From assembly GCA_016906335.1 (NCBI GenBank), contig JADEYG010000002.1, forward strand, positions 558,001-622,000: DNA of 64,000 nucleotides, in the 5' to 3' direction. Below are positions 25,374 to 38,151 of this stretch, piece after piece. Each line of letters begins with the position of its first letter. The first letter of the stretch is position 1. A program made the translations under genes and the position numbers. The notes under the pieces are model-generated. The model ran no database searches, was not told the DNA's origin, and was given only the letters and a program-made list of their open reading frames with translations. The DNA is from Novakomyces olei (Eukaryota).

Positions 25374-28300
25374 TTACCTCACTGCACCGTCTTGCACATC
25401 GCTTGTCCCATTCTCTTCCAAGCTGACACCCGTAAATTGGCCCTCATCGTTGACTGCCGTGTCCTTTGGCGGCTGGGCTACCACGACTGGCCCTTGCGAC
25501 TCGTCATCAGCATCTTGGAACTGCTCCGCTAGAGCTTCTGTTGCTGCATCTTTTCCCTCGATACTACAGGCCGAAGAAGCATAACTTTGCCTGTTGCTGT
25601 TACCATTCCCCACTGCAACGCTCTCCTCCTCCCTTTCATGGCTCTGCTCTGAGGGAGCTTTGCTTGGATTAAACACTAAATCACGGGAAAATCGTCGATT
25701 TGATCGGGACAATGACGACTTTGCACGTGCTCCACTTCGTCGGCCAAGTTGAAGGCTTCTTCTTGCTTGTCCTGTTGCAGACTCTTCACTCGGTTTTGCA
25801 GCACTCGTACTGTCTCGCTCGCCCTCCATCTCGCTGCTTCTATTGGCAGCGATTTTGTCTAAAAGATCCTGTTCGCTGTCGCCCACTTTGAGGCTCTCAA
25901 CTACTTGTGAGACACTGCGTACTCTTGCAGGGTTCAGACTTGGATTGCCGCCGGCAGGTTTGGCGACAATCGATTTACGCAACTCATCGAATATTTGCCG
26001 TTTGTGCTGGAGCAAATCATAGGCTAATTTTGTTGCATGGCGATCGTTTTGCGTAAGTGCACTTACCGCCTGAGGACGTAGAATACACGTTGACATTTCC
26101 GTTGCTAGCAATTCTCTGTAACTCTTATCAGCCGATGTAAGTGCAACAAGCCGATTGCAGTGCGTGAAAATAGCGTCAAGCGTAGCAATATTTGTAGTTC
26201 TCAATTGTGCAAGGCAGTTTTCAACCATGCGAATACGGTCCTCCTGCTCATCTTCCGACCCGTGTTTTGTGTATATGGTTTTTACAACGTCATATAATGA
26301 GCTCGGGACGAGCGAGTCTGTACTGAATAAATGGACAGATAATTAAATCATTAAATAATTAAGTATAATTAAAACCAAAATTCAAAAGACCAAATGAAAA
26401 AAGAATTTGACGCGAAATATAGATAACGCAGAAAAAAAAATTTCAAGACGATAGAGACGTTAATGCAGTGTACTCCAATCTGTGGCGCATAATCAATTAA
26501 AGCATAATTTAGACTTACCAGGCAGCTCCAATAAATAGAGCTTTAAAACATTTGCTAGCTCAATAGGCTTGAATTGTTCTAATTTTTCTCGCGTTATTGA
26601 CCCTTTAGATTAGTCAAAAATTATTTAATAAAGAACAATTGGCTAATAAATTAATTAGACAGTAATGAAGTTACCCTTGCCCAAAGCAAGCCTGGCCCGG
26701 TGAATATCAGACAATCGGAGCCTTTCTGTCCAAACAGCTTGCCTCTCAGCGTCACTATCCATGCCAGGGTAGAGCTCATCCAAATAGCTCAGTATTCCAG
26801 AGACAATTGAGGGGACGCGTTTTTTGTCCGCCCGTACTCTAAGTTCAATATCCGTGCCAAAGACTTGATCATCGTCTACGACGTTGTAATAATTTTCATA
26901 CGCGATCACCTTGGGGATAAAAGGTCCAGTCTGGTAGTTTTCTAGTAGAAATCTCAAATCGCTCATTACTTGCACAGTCTCCTCATACAACATCATCTCA
27001 TCAATCGTTGCCCGCAACGACGGAATCGAATTTGAAAGAACCACTGGAATATCCAAAAACACCTTTTTGATTGTTTTTAAACGGTCAAATTCGCATTTTT
27101 CCAAAAATGCAAAATGTTGATACTTTTGATATATCAGTATTGCAAACTAAGAATTTTTGAACTAAGAAAAAAGATGAAAATAAAAATAATGATAAAACCA
27201 AACATTCAAATGCCATACCATTGCTTCTTCTAAAGCCATACGTCTTTGATCGAGCCTTTCCACCATGTCACGATAAGCCTTATCTGCTTCTTTAGCATCT
27301 CGTTGTAATTTCTGGAGAGGAGACTCATCCAAGCCAGCTCCAAAAGAATTCGAAATCCATTCGCCAACATAAGGAACACTCTTTGATTTCTCCAGCAACG
27401 AGTCCTGATGCTCGTATGGCACATGCGCAAGATTGAACGCCTTTGGTCGCCATTGGTAACTGAGTACTGACGAATTTGCAAAAGTACGGCCCATTCCCAA
27501 ATGTCGCAGGAATCCGGCGTTCAACAAATCTGCCATTAATATGTAAGAATAACAAAAGTAAACTTGACGCGATGATGAAAATCAAATGGCAAGGACTGTT
27601 CAATTGGAGCAAAGAGAACAAACATAAACATGGAAGTATTGCCCAAAGATCAAGAGCTAACATATTTGGAAAGACAAAAGATTCTTACCCTGTCCAATTC
27701 TCTCAGCCTGTCCCAAGGAATTTATAGCTAAATTTTCAAGAAGCCAAGCTACAACAGCATCGCCGGTAATAACATTAGAAAATACACCAAAAAATCGAAT
27801 TTTTTGCTCAGTTTGTGGAATTTCTGTAAGCATACGAGCCAAAAGTTTCCCAACCTCTTCGGGCGGGTACGCAGTTCCTGAAATCTCAATAGTATCTTCA
27901 GCAAGCTGCAACTTTTCAATATCCGCAGATTCACTCAGTGCCGCAATAGTATGAGGGTCATTTTTCAATGCCGTTTGCTCTTCTTCATAATCCTCTGCCT
28001 CACGGCATCTATTATAATAATTACTACGCAGCTTGCTTGTCTCGTTTATCATCTTTTCATACGACTTTGCCTTCTCTGAAAGTTCCGTTTTACTCACACG
28101 CACACGTGACGCATGGTCCTGTGACCACCTATCAAATGGCCGAATGACCACCTCGTTCAGGGCGGCAGCAATTCCAACATGATGGCTTCCCTCCTAGACG
28201 AGTTAATATGCAAACCTGCAGAGAGTAACAAGCATCAGGGCCAGAGCAAAATGATTAACCAAAACTCTAAACCCAACGGCACTGATGCAATTTGGCGGCA

Positions 28301-28686
28301 AGGCCAAAGAGCTCCAAAGAGCTTAGTATAATCTGTACCTCAATCATCTGGGACACGATCCCCTCGTAGGCTTGCTTTACGCTAGCGCCATCGTCCTTGG
28401 AAAATCCATCTGGTTTACGCGATTCAGTTGAAATGGATTTCAATTGTGCTCCATAGCTCTGCTCCGCAGCTGCACGTAATCGAGCCAGGCCAAGGACTAG
28501 AAAGTTAGTTTAACACGTCATTTACAATAAACAATGGCAGCAAGGTCATTTAACTGAGAGCAAAAAATGTGATACGGGTCTTTTACTTTCGTCATTTTCA
28601 CGTATGCCCTGCTCGAGCTTTGCAAAAAGCGTGTTTATTCCAGTAACGTAATCAGACGTCCAAAAGCTGTCGGCAAAGCCTGGCAT
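25374..28686 (-). CDS. F-BAR/DEP/RhoGAP protein (Rga8/Rgd2-like); about 6 introns
   Basis: MPGFADSFW start, F-BAR helices, DEP region (GDAVVAWL...AERIGQ|DLLNAGFLR), VFGTDIE..R.DKKRVP, NVLKLYLLELP|DSLVP RhoGAP. Confidence 0.87.
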
Positions 28687-29149
28687 GCTGATCGAGTCTG
28701 GTGCATAGATATCGTGTTGGTTGCGTGTCACGTGCTCTATGATGGAATATTTTATTTATTATATTATTTATTATAATAATAATTTATTATTGACTTTACA
28801 ATAGCGTTAATAAAATTAGAAAAACAATATTTTGATCGAATTACTATATGGTAAACATCAACAAAAACCTACGAGCCAACCGAATTTTGTTTAAGCGTGT
28901 TAACGCGCCTAAATGAACATTATTATTTAATTTCAGCTTGCATTCTCGCAACTGACCATTAGCACTTCATCTCATTCTAATTTATGATCTCTTATTAATT
29001 ATTTGCAACAGGATATCAAATTACCTTTACTCGTATTGCTCCATACTTTTTAATCCAAGAGATTTAATTTAGGCACGCGGTTCTACGATTAAATGTACAT
29101 GACTATTTTGAATATTATTTATACCAAGAATCACCAAATTGAAATCTTT

Positions 29150-30528
29150 CTAATGAGCTAGTCCGTCTTTTGTTCGGCCGTACAGCGCCAGTCTATCACA
29201 AGCATACGTGAAATAGTCAAAATCTAATTGGCTGATGGTCGCTTGGCAGAGTGCCCATACTCCCCAGAAAAAATGGCTGATGGGCACAAAATGCTGAACC
29301 TGCAATTGTAGCCGTTCAGCATCTTTATCACTGACAGGCGAATCAGATTTTCCTAGGTAGCGCCGTAACCAGGCGACTTGAAAGTCTCTGGTGGGAAATT
29401 TGTCCAACGCGAGTTCAAACCCTAGAGTATCAGTAAATTGAAAATTAGAAAAATGATACAAAAACATCGAAGGATTAAAAGAAAAGAATAAGGGGAGGGA
29501 GCGATTACCCATAAACTCGTTGAAATGGTTTGCTATATCAAATGCCCGTTCCGCTGGACACGCATATTCATAATCAATTATCGAGATATTTCCGTCCGGT
29601 CTAACAATAAAGTTTCTAGTATTCAGCACCATCATTCCCTTTCAAACTCATACCCGCTTAGCAAATCATTGTGTGAAAAGACTATTTTTGATTTAAAACT
29701 TTCCGCTGTCTGTTGGCACCACAAGAACTGCGTCTCTAGCCAACTTGTGCGCTTGTGTGAACAAAGTAAGCTCTTCATATCGCTGCAAGAGTCTGAATCG
29801 CTTAAAGCATCCTTTGCAAGCAAAGAAAGCCATAATACCATCGATCCCCAGAGCTGAGACTTGTTCTCGACCGGAATAGAATGCCATACGAATATCGTAT
29901 CCACAATCTTGGGCCAATAATCCACGGATTGCATTTCGTCAACCTCGAGAACTCGACCCGGTGTGAAATCGTACACAAGGCCGTTTGTAAATCTTGCTCT
30001 TAAAGCCGATGCCAGATTGTGGCTATGTAAAACAAGATGATTTTCTGCCTCTTTTTCGCGGGAAATAATAGCGTCTGTGCCGGCTCCATAGACGCGAATT
30101 AAGACAGCGTTTGAGTCCTTTACCGCAGAATTTTCGCATTTGAGTAACGTGTTTGTAATTCCATCTTTGCACTGAGTCCAGCAAAGCCGTTGATTCTTCC
30201 ACGAAGGAAACAGCTCTGTCACAACATCTTTTGCGTCTTCAAACAAATGTGTCGAGCGAACAGTTTTGTCAATTGAATACATATCTTGTTCTTCCTCTGA
30301 ACTGCAAGCAATTGTGTAGGAATAATACTCAACTGGCAAACGAAACTGTATTTAACCTGTTAACTTTGCCGCGATAATAAGCTTTGAATCAGAAAGAGAG
30401 ACTGGCACTAAACCGAAACTGAAACAAGCCAAAAGCAGGTCGCAAGTACACACGAGACTCTCGGCAATTTGCCTGTAATTGGTGCAAAAAGTAGCTTCGC
30501 CTCTCTGTCCCTGGAATCGATTTAGCAT
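29150..30528 (-). CDS. Ethanolamine/choline kinase; 3 introns (first exon inferred)
   Basis: DGITNTL, LIRVYGAGT..IISREKE, FTNGLVY, FSHNDLLSG|N, IIDYEYA, AFDIANHFNE, SHFFWGVWA, FDYFTYA. Confidence 0.88.
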
Positions 30529-30571
30529 GTGATATTCGTGTTCCCCATAATACCGAAGAATGCGTAATTAT

Positions 30572-31073
30572 TACAATTTATACAATTTATACAATTTATA
30601 CAATTTATACAATTTATACAATTTATACAATTTATACAATTTATACAATTTATACAATTTATACAATTTATACAATTTATACAATTTATATACAATTTAT
30701 ACAATTTATAAACAATTTATACAATTTATACAATTTATACAATTTATACAATTTATACAATTTATACAATTTATACAATTTATACAATTTATACAATTTA
30801 TACAATTTATACAATTTATACAATTTATACAATTTATACAATTTATACAATTTATACAATTTATACAATTTATACAATTTATACAATTTATACAATTTAT
30901 ACAATTTATACAATTTATACAATTTATACAATTTATACAATTTATACATATACTTATACAATTTATACAATTATACAATTTATACAATTTATACAATTTA
31001 TACAATTTATACAATTTATACAATTTATACAATTTATACAATTTATACAATTTATACAATTTATACAATTTAT
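30572..31073. repeat. About 500-bp tandem array of the 9-mer TACAATTTA (about 55 copies)
   Basis: Directly visible, with a few internal indels; explains the spurious NLY/QFI/INC/YKL ORFs. Confidence 0.97.
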
Positions 31074-31401
31074 TTGGTGCATTATTTTTTTCAGTAATAT
31101 TATAAGCCAAACGAATGCTTCCCAAATTATACATCAATGTTGATGCAGTTTCCTGAACAGTGAAGTTGATAGAACAAAGCCCAAAACTTGGGTGGCAATA
31201 AAAGACTCCATTCAGGTCATAAGTCTTAACAATACAATTGGCTTTTTCAATTCAAGTATTGAATCGTGTTTGAATTTCGTTAACTAATAATAAAAAGTGC
31301 CATGCAAATACAGGGAGGGCTATCCCTAATCTCAAGTCGGGACTTGTAACTTGAAATGCAACTTGAAAGTACGCACAAGATGCACCTTGTGCATATAGAC
31401 T

Positions 31402-33244
31402 CTAGTCCTGATATTCTTTAATCACGGCAGTTGGCAATTCCCGGAGACATTCTTTGATTATCTCAGCACCTCGTTCCAAATCTTTTTCTTCGATAACCAG
31501 GGGCGGTGCTAGACGTACAATATTGCCGTGCGTAGGCTTAGCCAAGAGACCTTTGTTCCTCATCAACAAGCACAGATCCCAGGCAGAACGGCCGTTTGTT
31601 TTACTTTCATCGATAACGATAGCGTTTAACAAGCCCATCCCCCGTACTAATTGCAATACAGGCGAGTCGCTTTGTTTAAGAGACTCTCGAAACTTGTTGC
31701 CCAAAATTTCAGATCTTTCAATAAGGCCTTCCTCCTTAACTACGTCCAATGCTGCCATTGCTACTTTGCAGCCCAATGGGTTTCCTCCATAAGTAGATCC
31801 GTGGCTGCCTACATCAAAGCAGAGCATGATCTCTTTTGAACTCAGCACTGCACTGACGGGATATACTCCACCGGAAATTGCTTTGCCGAGCAAAGTGATA
31901 TCGGGTTTAATGCCAGAGTGCTCACTACAAAGCATACGTCCAGTCCTGGCGATTCCAGTCTGAACCTCATCGGCAATAAGAAGTACATTATGTTTTTTGC
32001 ACAGTTCATAAGCCCGGCGCAGATAGTCCTTGTCCGGAACCATGACACTGGAAATTAGACGAACGAACTCTAAAGTGACCGAATATAAAATGGAACTCAC
32101 CCTGCCTCGCCCTGGATTGGCTCAACCAAGAATGCCGCAACACGGGGGCCGTGTGCATTTAGCGCAGCCTCAAGGTCATCAATATTATTGTAATTGAGAA
32201 CCTTCTTTGTCGCCGGACACACTGGACCAATCGATGGTAAGTACGGGCCAAAGCCTGTACAATTGTTAGATTTTATACTAAATATAAACAATCATTTATA
32301 TAGATATACCAGTGCGGGCATCAGAGTCAGTGGACATGGATATAATGCCAATAGTACGACCGTGGAAATTGTCGGCACATGAAAGGACGATCGCCTCATC
32401 TTGAGGAATTCCCTTCTTCTTGTAGCCCCAAAGACGTGCCAATTTACAGCCAGTCTCAACGGCCTCTGCTCCAGTGTTCCTGAAAAATTAATACCGCAAA
32501 TAAAGGAAAGCAGCAAGCCAAAAAAGGGTTAGAAAGTAGTTAAAGTAATGAAGAAAAATTGCCAGTATTTAAGGAAAAATCTCGGATTAAAAAGGAACGA
32601 AAAGTAAGAGAGGTCAAGGTGACCACGGGCGCGTGGAAAACAAAAGAGTAGACAAAATTTTTCAATAGAGACGGTTACACAAACCACTTACATTGGCAAT
32701 ATCATCTCGTAGCCAAACGTCTAACGAATGTTAGTTTAAAAGTCCCCGTATAATCCTACCTCAGTCATATACTTTGCAAAGACGCCAAATACGTCATTGT
32801 AAAAAGCACGAGAGCTGAGGGTCAGCTTGTGTGCCTGTTCCACAAGAGCGGCAATAATCTTTGGATGGCAATGACCTTGGTTTACGGCCGAGTCTGTTCA
32901 ATGCAGTTAGTATAAATTTGGTGCAAAGTGTACTTTCTAAAAACAAAATATAATCAAGTAAAATGAAGAAAAGCGAGAAAAATCACAAATCAAACTTACA
33001 GGCAGACAAAAAGTCGAGGTACTCGCGGCCTGTTAATGTTAGACAGATCTTGTGCTTCCAACTTGACACTACCCTCTGGATCCCATACTTTGGCACCTTG
33101 AGCGTGCGCCAAACACACTGGCAATGGGTGGTACGTGTGTGCGGCATATTCTTCTTCAAGCGCATAAATTTTACGGGAAGAAACGTGCTGCTGACCGTCT
33201 CCCTTAAGCTCTGGAGCGCCAACGCAAGTCTTTGAAGGAGCCAT
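31402..33244 (-). CDS. car2: Ornithine aminotransferase; 6 introns
   Basis: [91 protein letters not shown]. Confidence 0.96.
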
Positions 33245-33903
33245 AGCTCGATGTGCGAATGGATATGTTTAGTGTCGCAAACGTGCCGTGCTTTAATGTC
33301 TGCAATATTCTGATTTTTAACGTATGTTTTAATTGGTGCTCGGGAGCATGTAGCCGATGTGATCGACCGCTTGCATTACTTTAATTTGCGTGAACGTTAC
33401 TTGTATATTCTCCTGCTCCCATGATCTGAAATTCTTGAAATACATAAATATACACTCAAGCAGTATTCTACGTACAACGCGACCTGAAAATATTATTATG
33501 TAATAAATAGTGAATCGCAAGTTGATAGCTAAATAAGCGAGATCCATACGATAGCAGTCTCGCCAGACGCTTGCTCGTATCGATTACTGTTACTAGAATG
33601 ATTACATTATGTAAAATACTAAACGCTATTTAGCTAATACGAAAAACTGGTACGTATTGGGCGTAAAGTTCCTTTCGCCTGGAAACCGAATTATTGGGCA
33701 AATTAAAGAATCCTCAATCGTCTCCGTAAAACATCTTGAACGTTGGAAATAAAAAAGAAACAAAAAGAATAAAATCTCTTTTATGTCTAAAGCTTTTCTT
33801 AAAAATCCATCCTTTTTAATTTATTCTTTTCTGACGCATTATTGTGAATGATTAGCGTTCCCTCACTCTTGCGCCGCTTATTACCGTTCTCAATAAACAC
33901 CAA

Positions 33904-35656
33904 TCAAACCGTTTTCCTTCGCTCGAATTCAACGAGAGCCGGTCTCATTGGCATTACCACCATACTCGTGTAGTCCTCGGCGGGAAACTTGTTATTCGGC
34001 AAAGACATCTTGTACCCTCTCACAAACATTGCGGTAATAGTAACGAGCTGCAAGTAAGCAAACTGCTCGCCGATACAGCGATGGCGTCCAGCACCAAAAG
34101 GCAGGTAAGGCGAGGCAGTCCCCTTGGAAACGGCCCCGTATCCATAGTCCACAGTTTCCTCTTTTTCCTCCTTCTGAGTCTCCCATCGCATTGGGTTAAA
34201 CACTTCCGGATGAGTAAAATAATCCGGGTTCTTGGCCGACATTCCGGGAGCAGCCAGTACGTAGTAGCCTTCTGGAATAACGTACTTTGTTCCATCAACG
34301 TGAATAGGCTTTTTAACTTTGCGCAAAATAGAATGCAAAGGCGGATGGAGGCGTAGGGTCTCACGTACAACGTAATTGTGCAGTTTCAGATCCTTCAGTT
34401 GATCATAAACTGGCTCAGGCAAGGATTCACCCAGGACCTGCTTTTGCTCTTGCAAAAGCAGCTCTTGAAACTCTGGATTTTGAGCTAAATGCAAAAGAAT
34501 CCATTGACTAGTAGCGGAACTTGTATGCTGTCCAGCCATCAATAGAGCAATCATATTATTAGCAATTTCTTTGTCTGACAGCGGGGTCCCATCCTTGTAC
34601 GTTTTGTTCATCAGATTCCAAATCATATCTGCCTCTCCGGCACCACGCGAATCAGTGGCACGACGCTTTTTAATAATGTCGAGATACGTGTCCGAAACGA
34701 TACGGTGAGCCCGATCACGTGCTCCGTTTTGGGGCCAAGGAAACCAGGGCAAAATAAAATTTGCTGGAGAAAAACCGCGATCCAGATCGTGGTACAAATC
34801 AGCAAACCCAGAGTTCAATTTATCACGGACTTCCTTGCCTTGCAGGGAGCGTGACGCGGTAAATATTGTAATCTCGGGCATAATTTTGCTCACATCGACA
34901 ACAGCCTTGGCGGGCTTGAAAAGTGAGCTTTTGTTGATATAATCACGGACTTCTCCAATTATCAAGGGCACATAACTGCGAAACGTTTCCGTTGTAAGTC
35001 CAAATTTTATGAATTTTTTATGTTCCATAAGAACAGCGTTAGGTACATCGTAAACGACGCCCTCGCCAAACACCGGTGTCGTTAGAGGGCCGTAAGCGTC
35101 TTCTGCCGACACGTGTGATAATTTGCCGCCTAGCACGAGTTCGTTGCCCTGTGCGTCTAAAGCCACAGTTACACGTTTCCCGAGCAAAACAAAAGTGAAC
35201 ACGTTCCCATACTGCACATTATTTGGTGGTTAGTCAAGGCAGAATCATTGCGTTTGTAAAAACCTACTTTTGCCTTTGCCGTCGTCCAAAACTTGTAAGG
35301 GTTAAGCCCATACGTAACGGCAGATCCTAAGAATGGGACAAGATGAAACACGGTTGGAGGTTTTGATTTGTCTGGCAAAAACTGGGATTAGTATAATGAA
35401 TAAAGCTTCAATTAAACTTGCTGCAATTAGAGAGCAGCAAGTTGCGTATTTCTTTCCGTTCTTTTTCGCCTTCTTATTCCCCTTCTCTTTGCCCTTTCTT
35501 TTTGTCCTTCTCTTTTCTTCTTGCGTCAAGTGTTTGAGGCGAATGCTGCAAACATGTACGTACCAGTTGAGATACAATAAAGCCGATATACAGTGCCAAA
35601 AGAGCCGATGCCATATGAGCAACAGTAAGCTCCGAAACAAAAGACGACGACTCCAT
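33904..35656 (-). CDS. erg11: Sterol 14-alpha demethylase CYP51; introns 35382-35563 and 35212-35267
   Basis: PPTVFH..PFLGSAV.YG, LTTPVFGEGVVYD, LMAGQHTS, ETLRLHPP, heme motif PFGAGRHRCIGE. Confidence 0.96.
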
Positions 35657-35820
35657 CGTGAGAAGCGTAACGAGCGACTGTAACTCAAAGAATGGATTCG
35701 ACAGAGATTGATGTATAATAAATGTAAAACAAATCACAAAACTTGTGTCCCTGCGCGAATAGCAAACTCGCGATTTCAGCGCGCGTGAAGTATCGTATAT
35801 GTGTACTTAATGTGAATTGT

Positions 35821-35830
35821 ATGGTACGAT
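35821..35830 (-). promoter_or_regulatory. Candidate SREBP (Sre1/SrbA-type) sterol regulatory element ATCGTACCAT
   Basis: 165 bp upstream of the erg11 ATG; resembles fungal SREBP ATCxxxxCAT sites; related ATCGTA at 35792. Confidence 0.4.
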
Positions 35831-35923
35831 ACTCATATTGCCCGTATTCTAGATTCGTACTACCGAATCTTAAATGAGAATACGTTGTAGGATACAAGTA
35901 AGCTAGCATGCATATTATACGTG

Positions 35924-35997
35924 CAATATTCTACATACAATATTCTACATTCACCTCTCAATATTCAATATTCTACATACAATATTCTACATACAAT
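35924..35997. repeat. 14-bp repeat caatattctacata, about 4 copies in two pairs
   Basis: Directly visible in the erg11/arc40 divergent promoter. Confidence 0.85.
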
Positions 35998-36166
35998 CCT
36001 GCATCTACGTACAATACCGAGGACAGCATACAATGATAATATAATAATTTGTACTAATTTCCAATAATAATTTAAAATAATATTTGTACTACATAGCTGA
36101 TTCTGTGAATAGACTATTGCTATACATACCCATTGATCCCACAGTGGACTGAGTAGTCCTGTGGAA

Positions 36167-37616
36167 ATGTCGGCCGCCGCTCTTGTCAAGCAGCTGAATC
36201 TCGGCCCAATTACGGCTTATGCCTTCAATGGAGACCGCACGCAGATTGCAGTATCAAAAAATAGCAATATTGTCGAGATATTCTCCTGTCAAGGCTCTGT
36301 ATGGCACCGAACGGCTACTCTGACGGATGTACGTATTTGCTCCGCTTTTGTGTTTTACCCTTCCCTCTGGATCCACTCGGCTTTGGCTACATTTACGTCT
36401 GCATGGAAAATTAATCTCTGATCTGTGGACCCATTGGACTGCAGAGGCATTCAATTATTCTACTTTTAATCCTGCCCAACTGACCTTTGTTGCCGCTTGA
36501 CTGTTTTTTTAATTAAAATATGTTATTTTCACTATTTATTCGTCTTTTTCTCTATACGTTTCTGGCTTTGCTACTTTCAGTGCTTTTTTTTCTCTTGTTT
36601 TGTTATTTTTTTCGAGCTCTGTAAATCTTTTATTTTTAATCAGCATTCACTAATTTAAGCACGACAAACTCGTCACTTCGATCGATTGGGCTCCCAAGAC
36701 GAACCGTATAGTAACCTGCTCTCAGGACCGCAATGCTTACGTGTTTACCCCCAACGCCGACGGATCTTGGCGCCCTACTCTTGTGCTTTTGCGTATAAAC
36801 CGCAGCGGCACTTATGTCCGATGGTCTCCAAACGAGGACAAGTTTGCTGTTGCCAGTGGAGCCAGACTCGTGTCTGTATGCTTCTTCGAAGAGGATAATG
36901 ATTGGTGGATCTGTAAGCATCTTCGCAGGCCTATAAGATCGACAGTTCTTTCCCTTGATTGGCACCCAAACAATGTGCTTTTGGCCGTTGGCTGTTCCGA
37001 TATGTCAGCGCGTGTTTTTAGTGCCTATATTAAAGAAGTCGATGAAAGACCGCCTCCGTCTGTTTGGGGGGCAAGGCTGCCCTTTAATACTCTCTGTGCG
37101 GAATATCTGACGGATGGTTGGGTTCATGAAGTCAAGTTCTCCCCGGACGGAGACGCATTGGCCTTTGTTAGTCATGATTCGACAATAACTATAGTCTATC
37201 CATCTGCACCGGAACAGCCTCCAGCCGCAATCTACGCTATCAAATTGCCAATTCTGCCTTTTAGAACACTTGTCTGGCTGCAGTCAAACAAGATTTTGGC
37301 TGCAGGCCACAATTGCGAGCCTATTACGTTCACTGGCGATGCTCAGAGCGGCTGGAAAATGGGTCGTTCCCTGGACGATACTGCTTCCAGAGCCTCCTCG
37401 GTAGCTGAAAATCCTGAAAACGAAACTGCCTCTTTCTCGTCGCTGCGCCAAACGTTTCGAAATATGGATCTGCGCGGTACTAGCGACGATTCGAGCTTGC
37501 CAACCGTGCACCAAAACACGATTGTGAGCCTTCGTGTTTACTCTGGAACTCCTGACAAAATATCGCAAGTTTCGAGCGCAGGGACTGATGGTAAACTCGT
37601 TGTGTGGAACGTATAG
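36167..37616 (+). CDS. arc40: Arp2/3 complex WD40 subunit ARPC1 (Sop2/Arc40); intron 36329-36659
   Basis: D|HDKLVTSIDWAP..NRIVTCSQDRNAYV, PTLVLLRINR, RWSPNE.KFAVASGAR, NDWW..KH, RSTVLSLDWHPNNVLLA, FRNMD...TVHQNTI. Confidence 0.95.
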
Positions 37617-38151
37617 GGTGAATTTAATTCGAATTTAGTATCAGTCTGCTCTATGCTATTACGCTAGTTATTATTGTAGACGGTTTGTAAAGTGAAAAGC
37701 AGGTCCAATAGACGCTAAGCTAATCTTAGGATCAGGTTCAGACGTGGAAGTTTAAGATTAGTGCAAGGAGGTGTTCAATTGTTTTATTACCCATGTACCA
37801 CCAGTTTACCTAATCTTGGCTCGAGAATACGATCAAGCAGCCGCAGAGGAATTGCCGATAGTAGAAAACGGGACCGCTAAGACCTTTATAACCTCTGAGT
37901 TTTAGGATCTACCAAGTCTCTAGTTGCCATAAATATATTAGATGGCTAAATCACTGCTACAAGTCGGTCCCTTATTCACTTGAAATTGACATAATAAATA
38001 GCTTTTCGTCTTAATGGGTATTAATTATTATTGTGCGAATTTACTCCTTCACAACTAAATGCAGTCTATCTCTTTCGCTACTTTGAAGAAAAATCGCAGA
38101 AACAAAATCACGTATAGCCAAAAGGAAAAAGGCAAACTTGTTCTATCAGGA

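Noticed and set aside
30522-31137. ORFs encoding (NLY)n, (QFI)n, (INC)n, (YKL)n
   Set aside because: Artefacts of a stop-free 9-bp tandem array; no spacers, so not CRISPR either.
15222-33244. spe1 and car2 as an ornithine metabolic gene cluster
   Set aside because: About 14.5 kb apart with five unrelated genes between; needs synteny evidence, and chance is sufficient.
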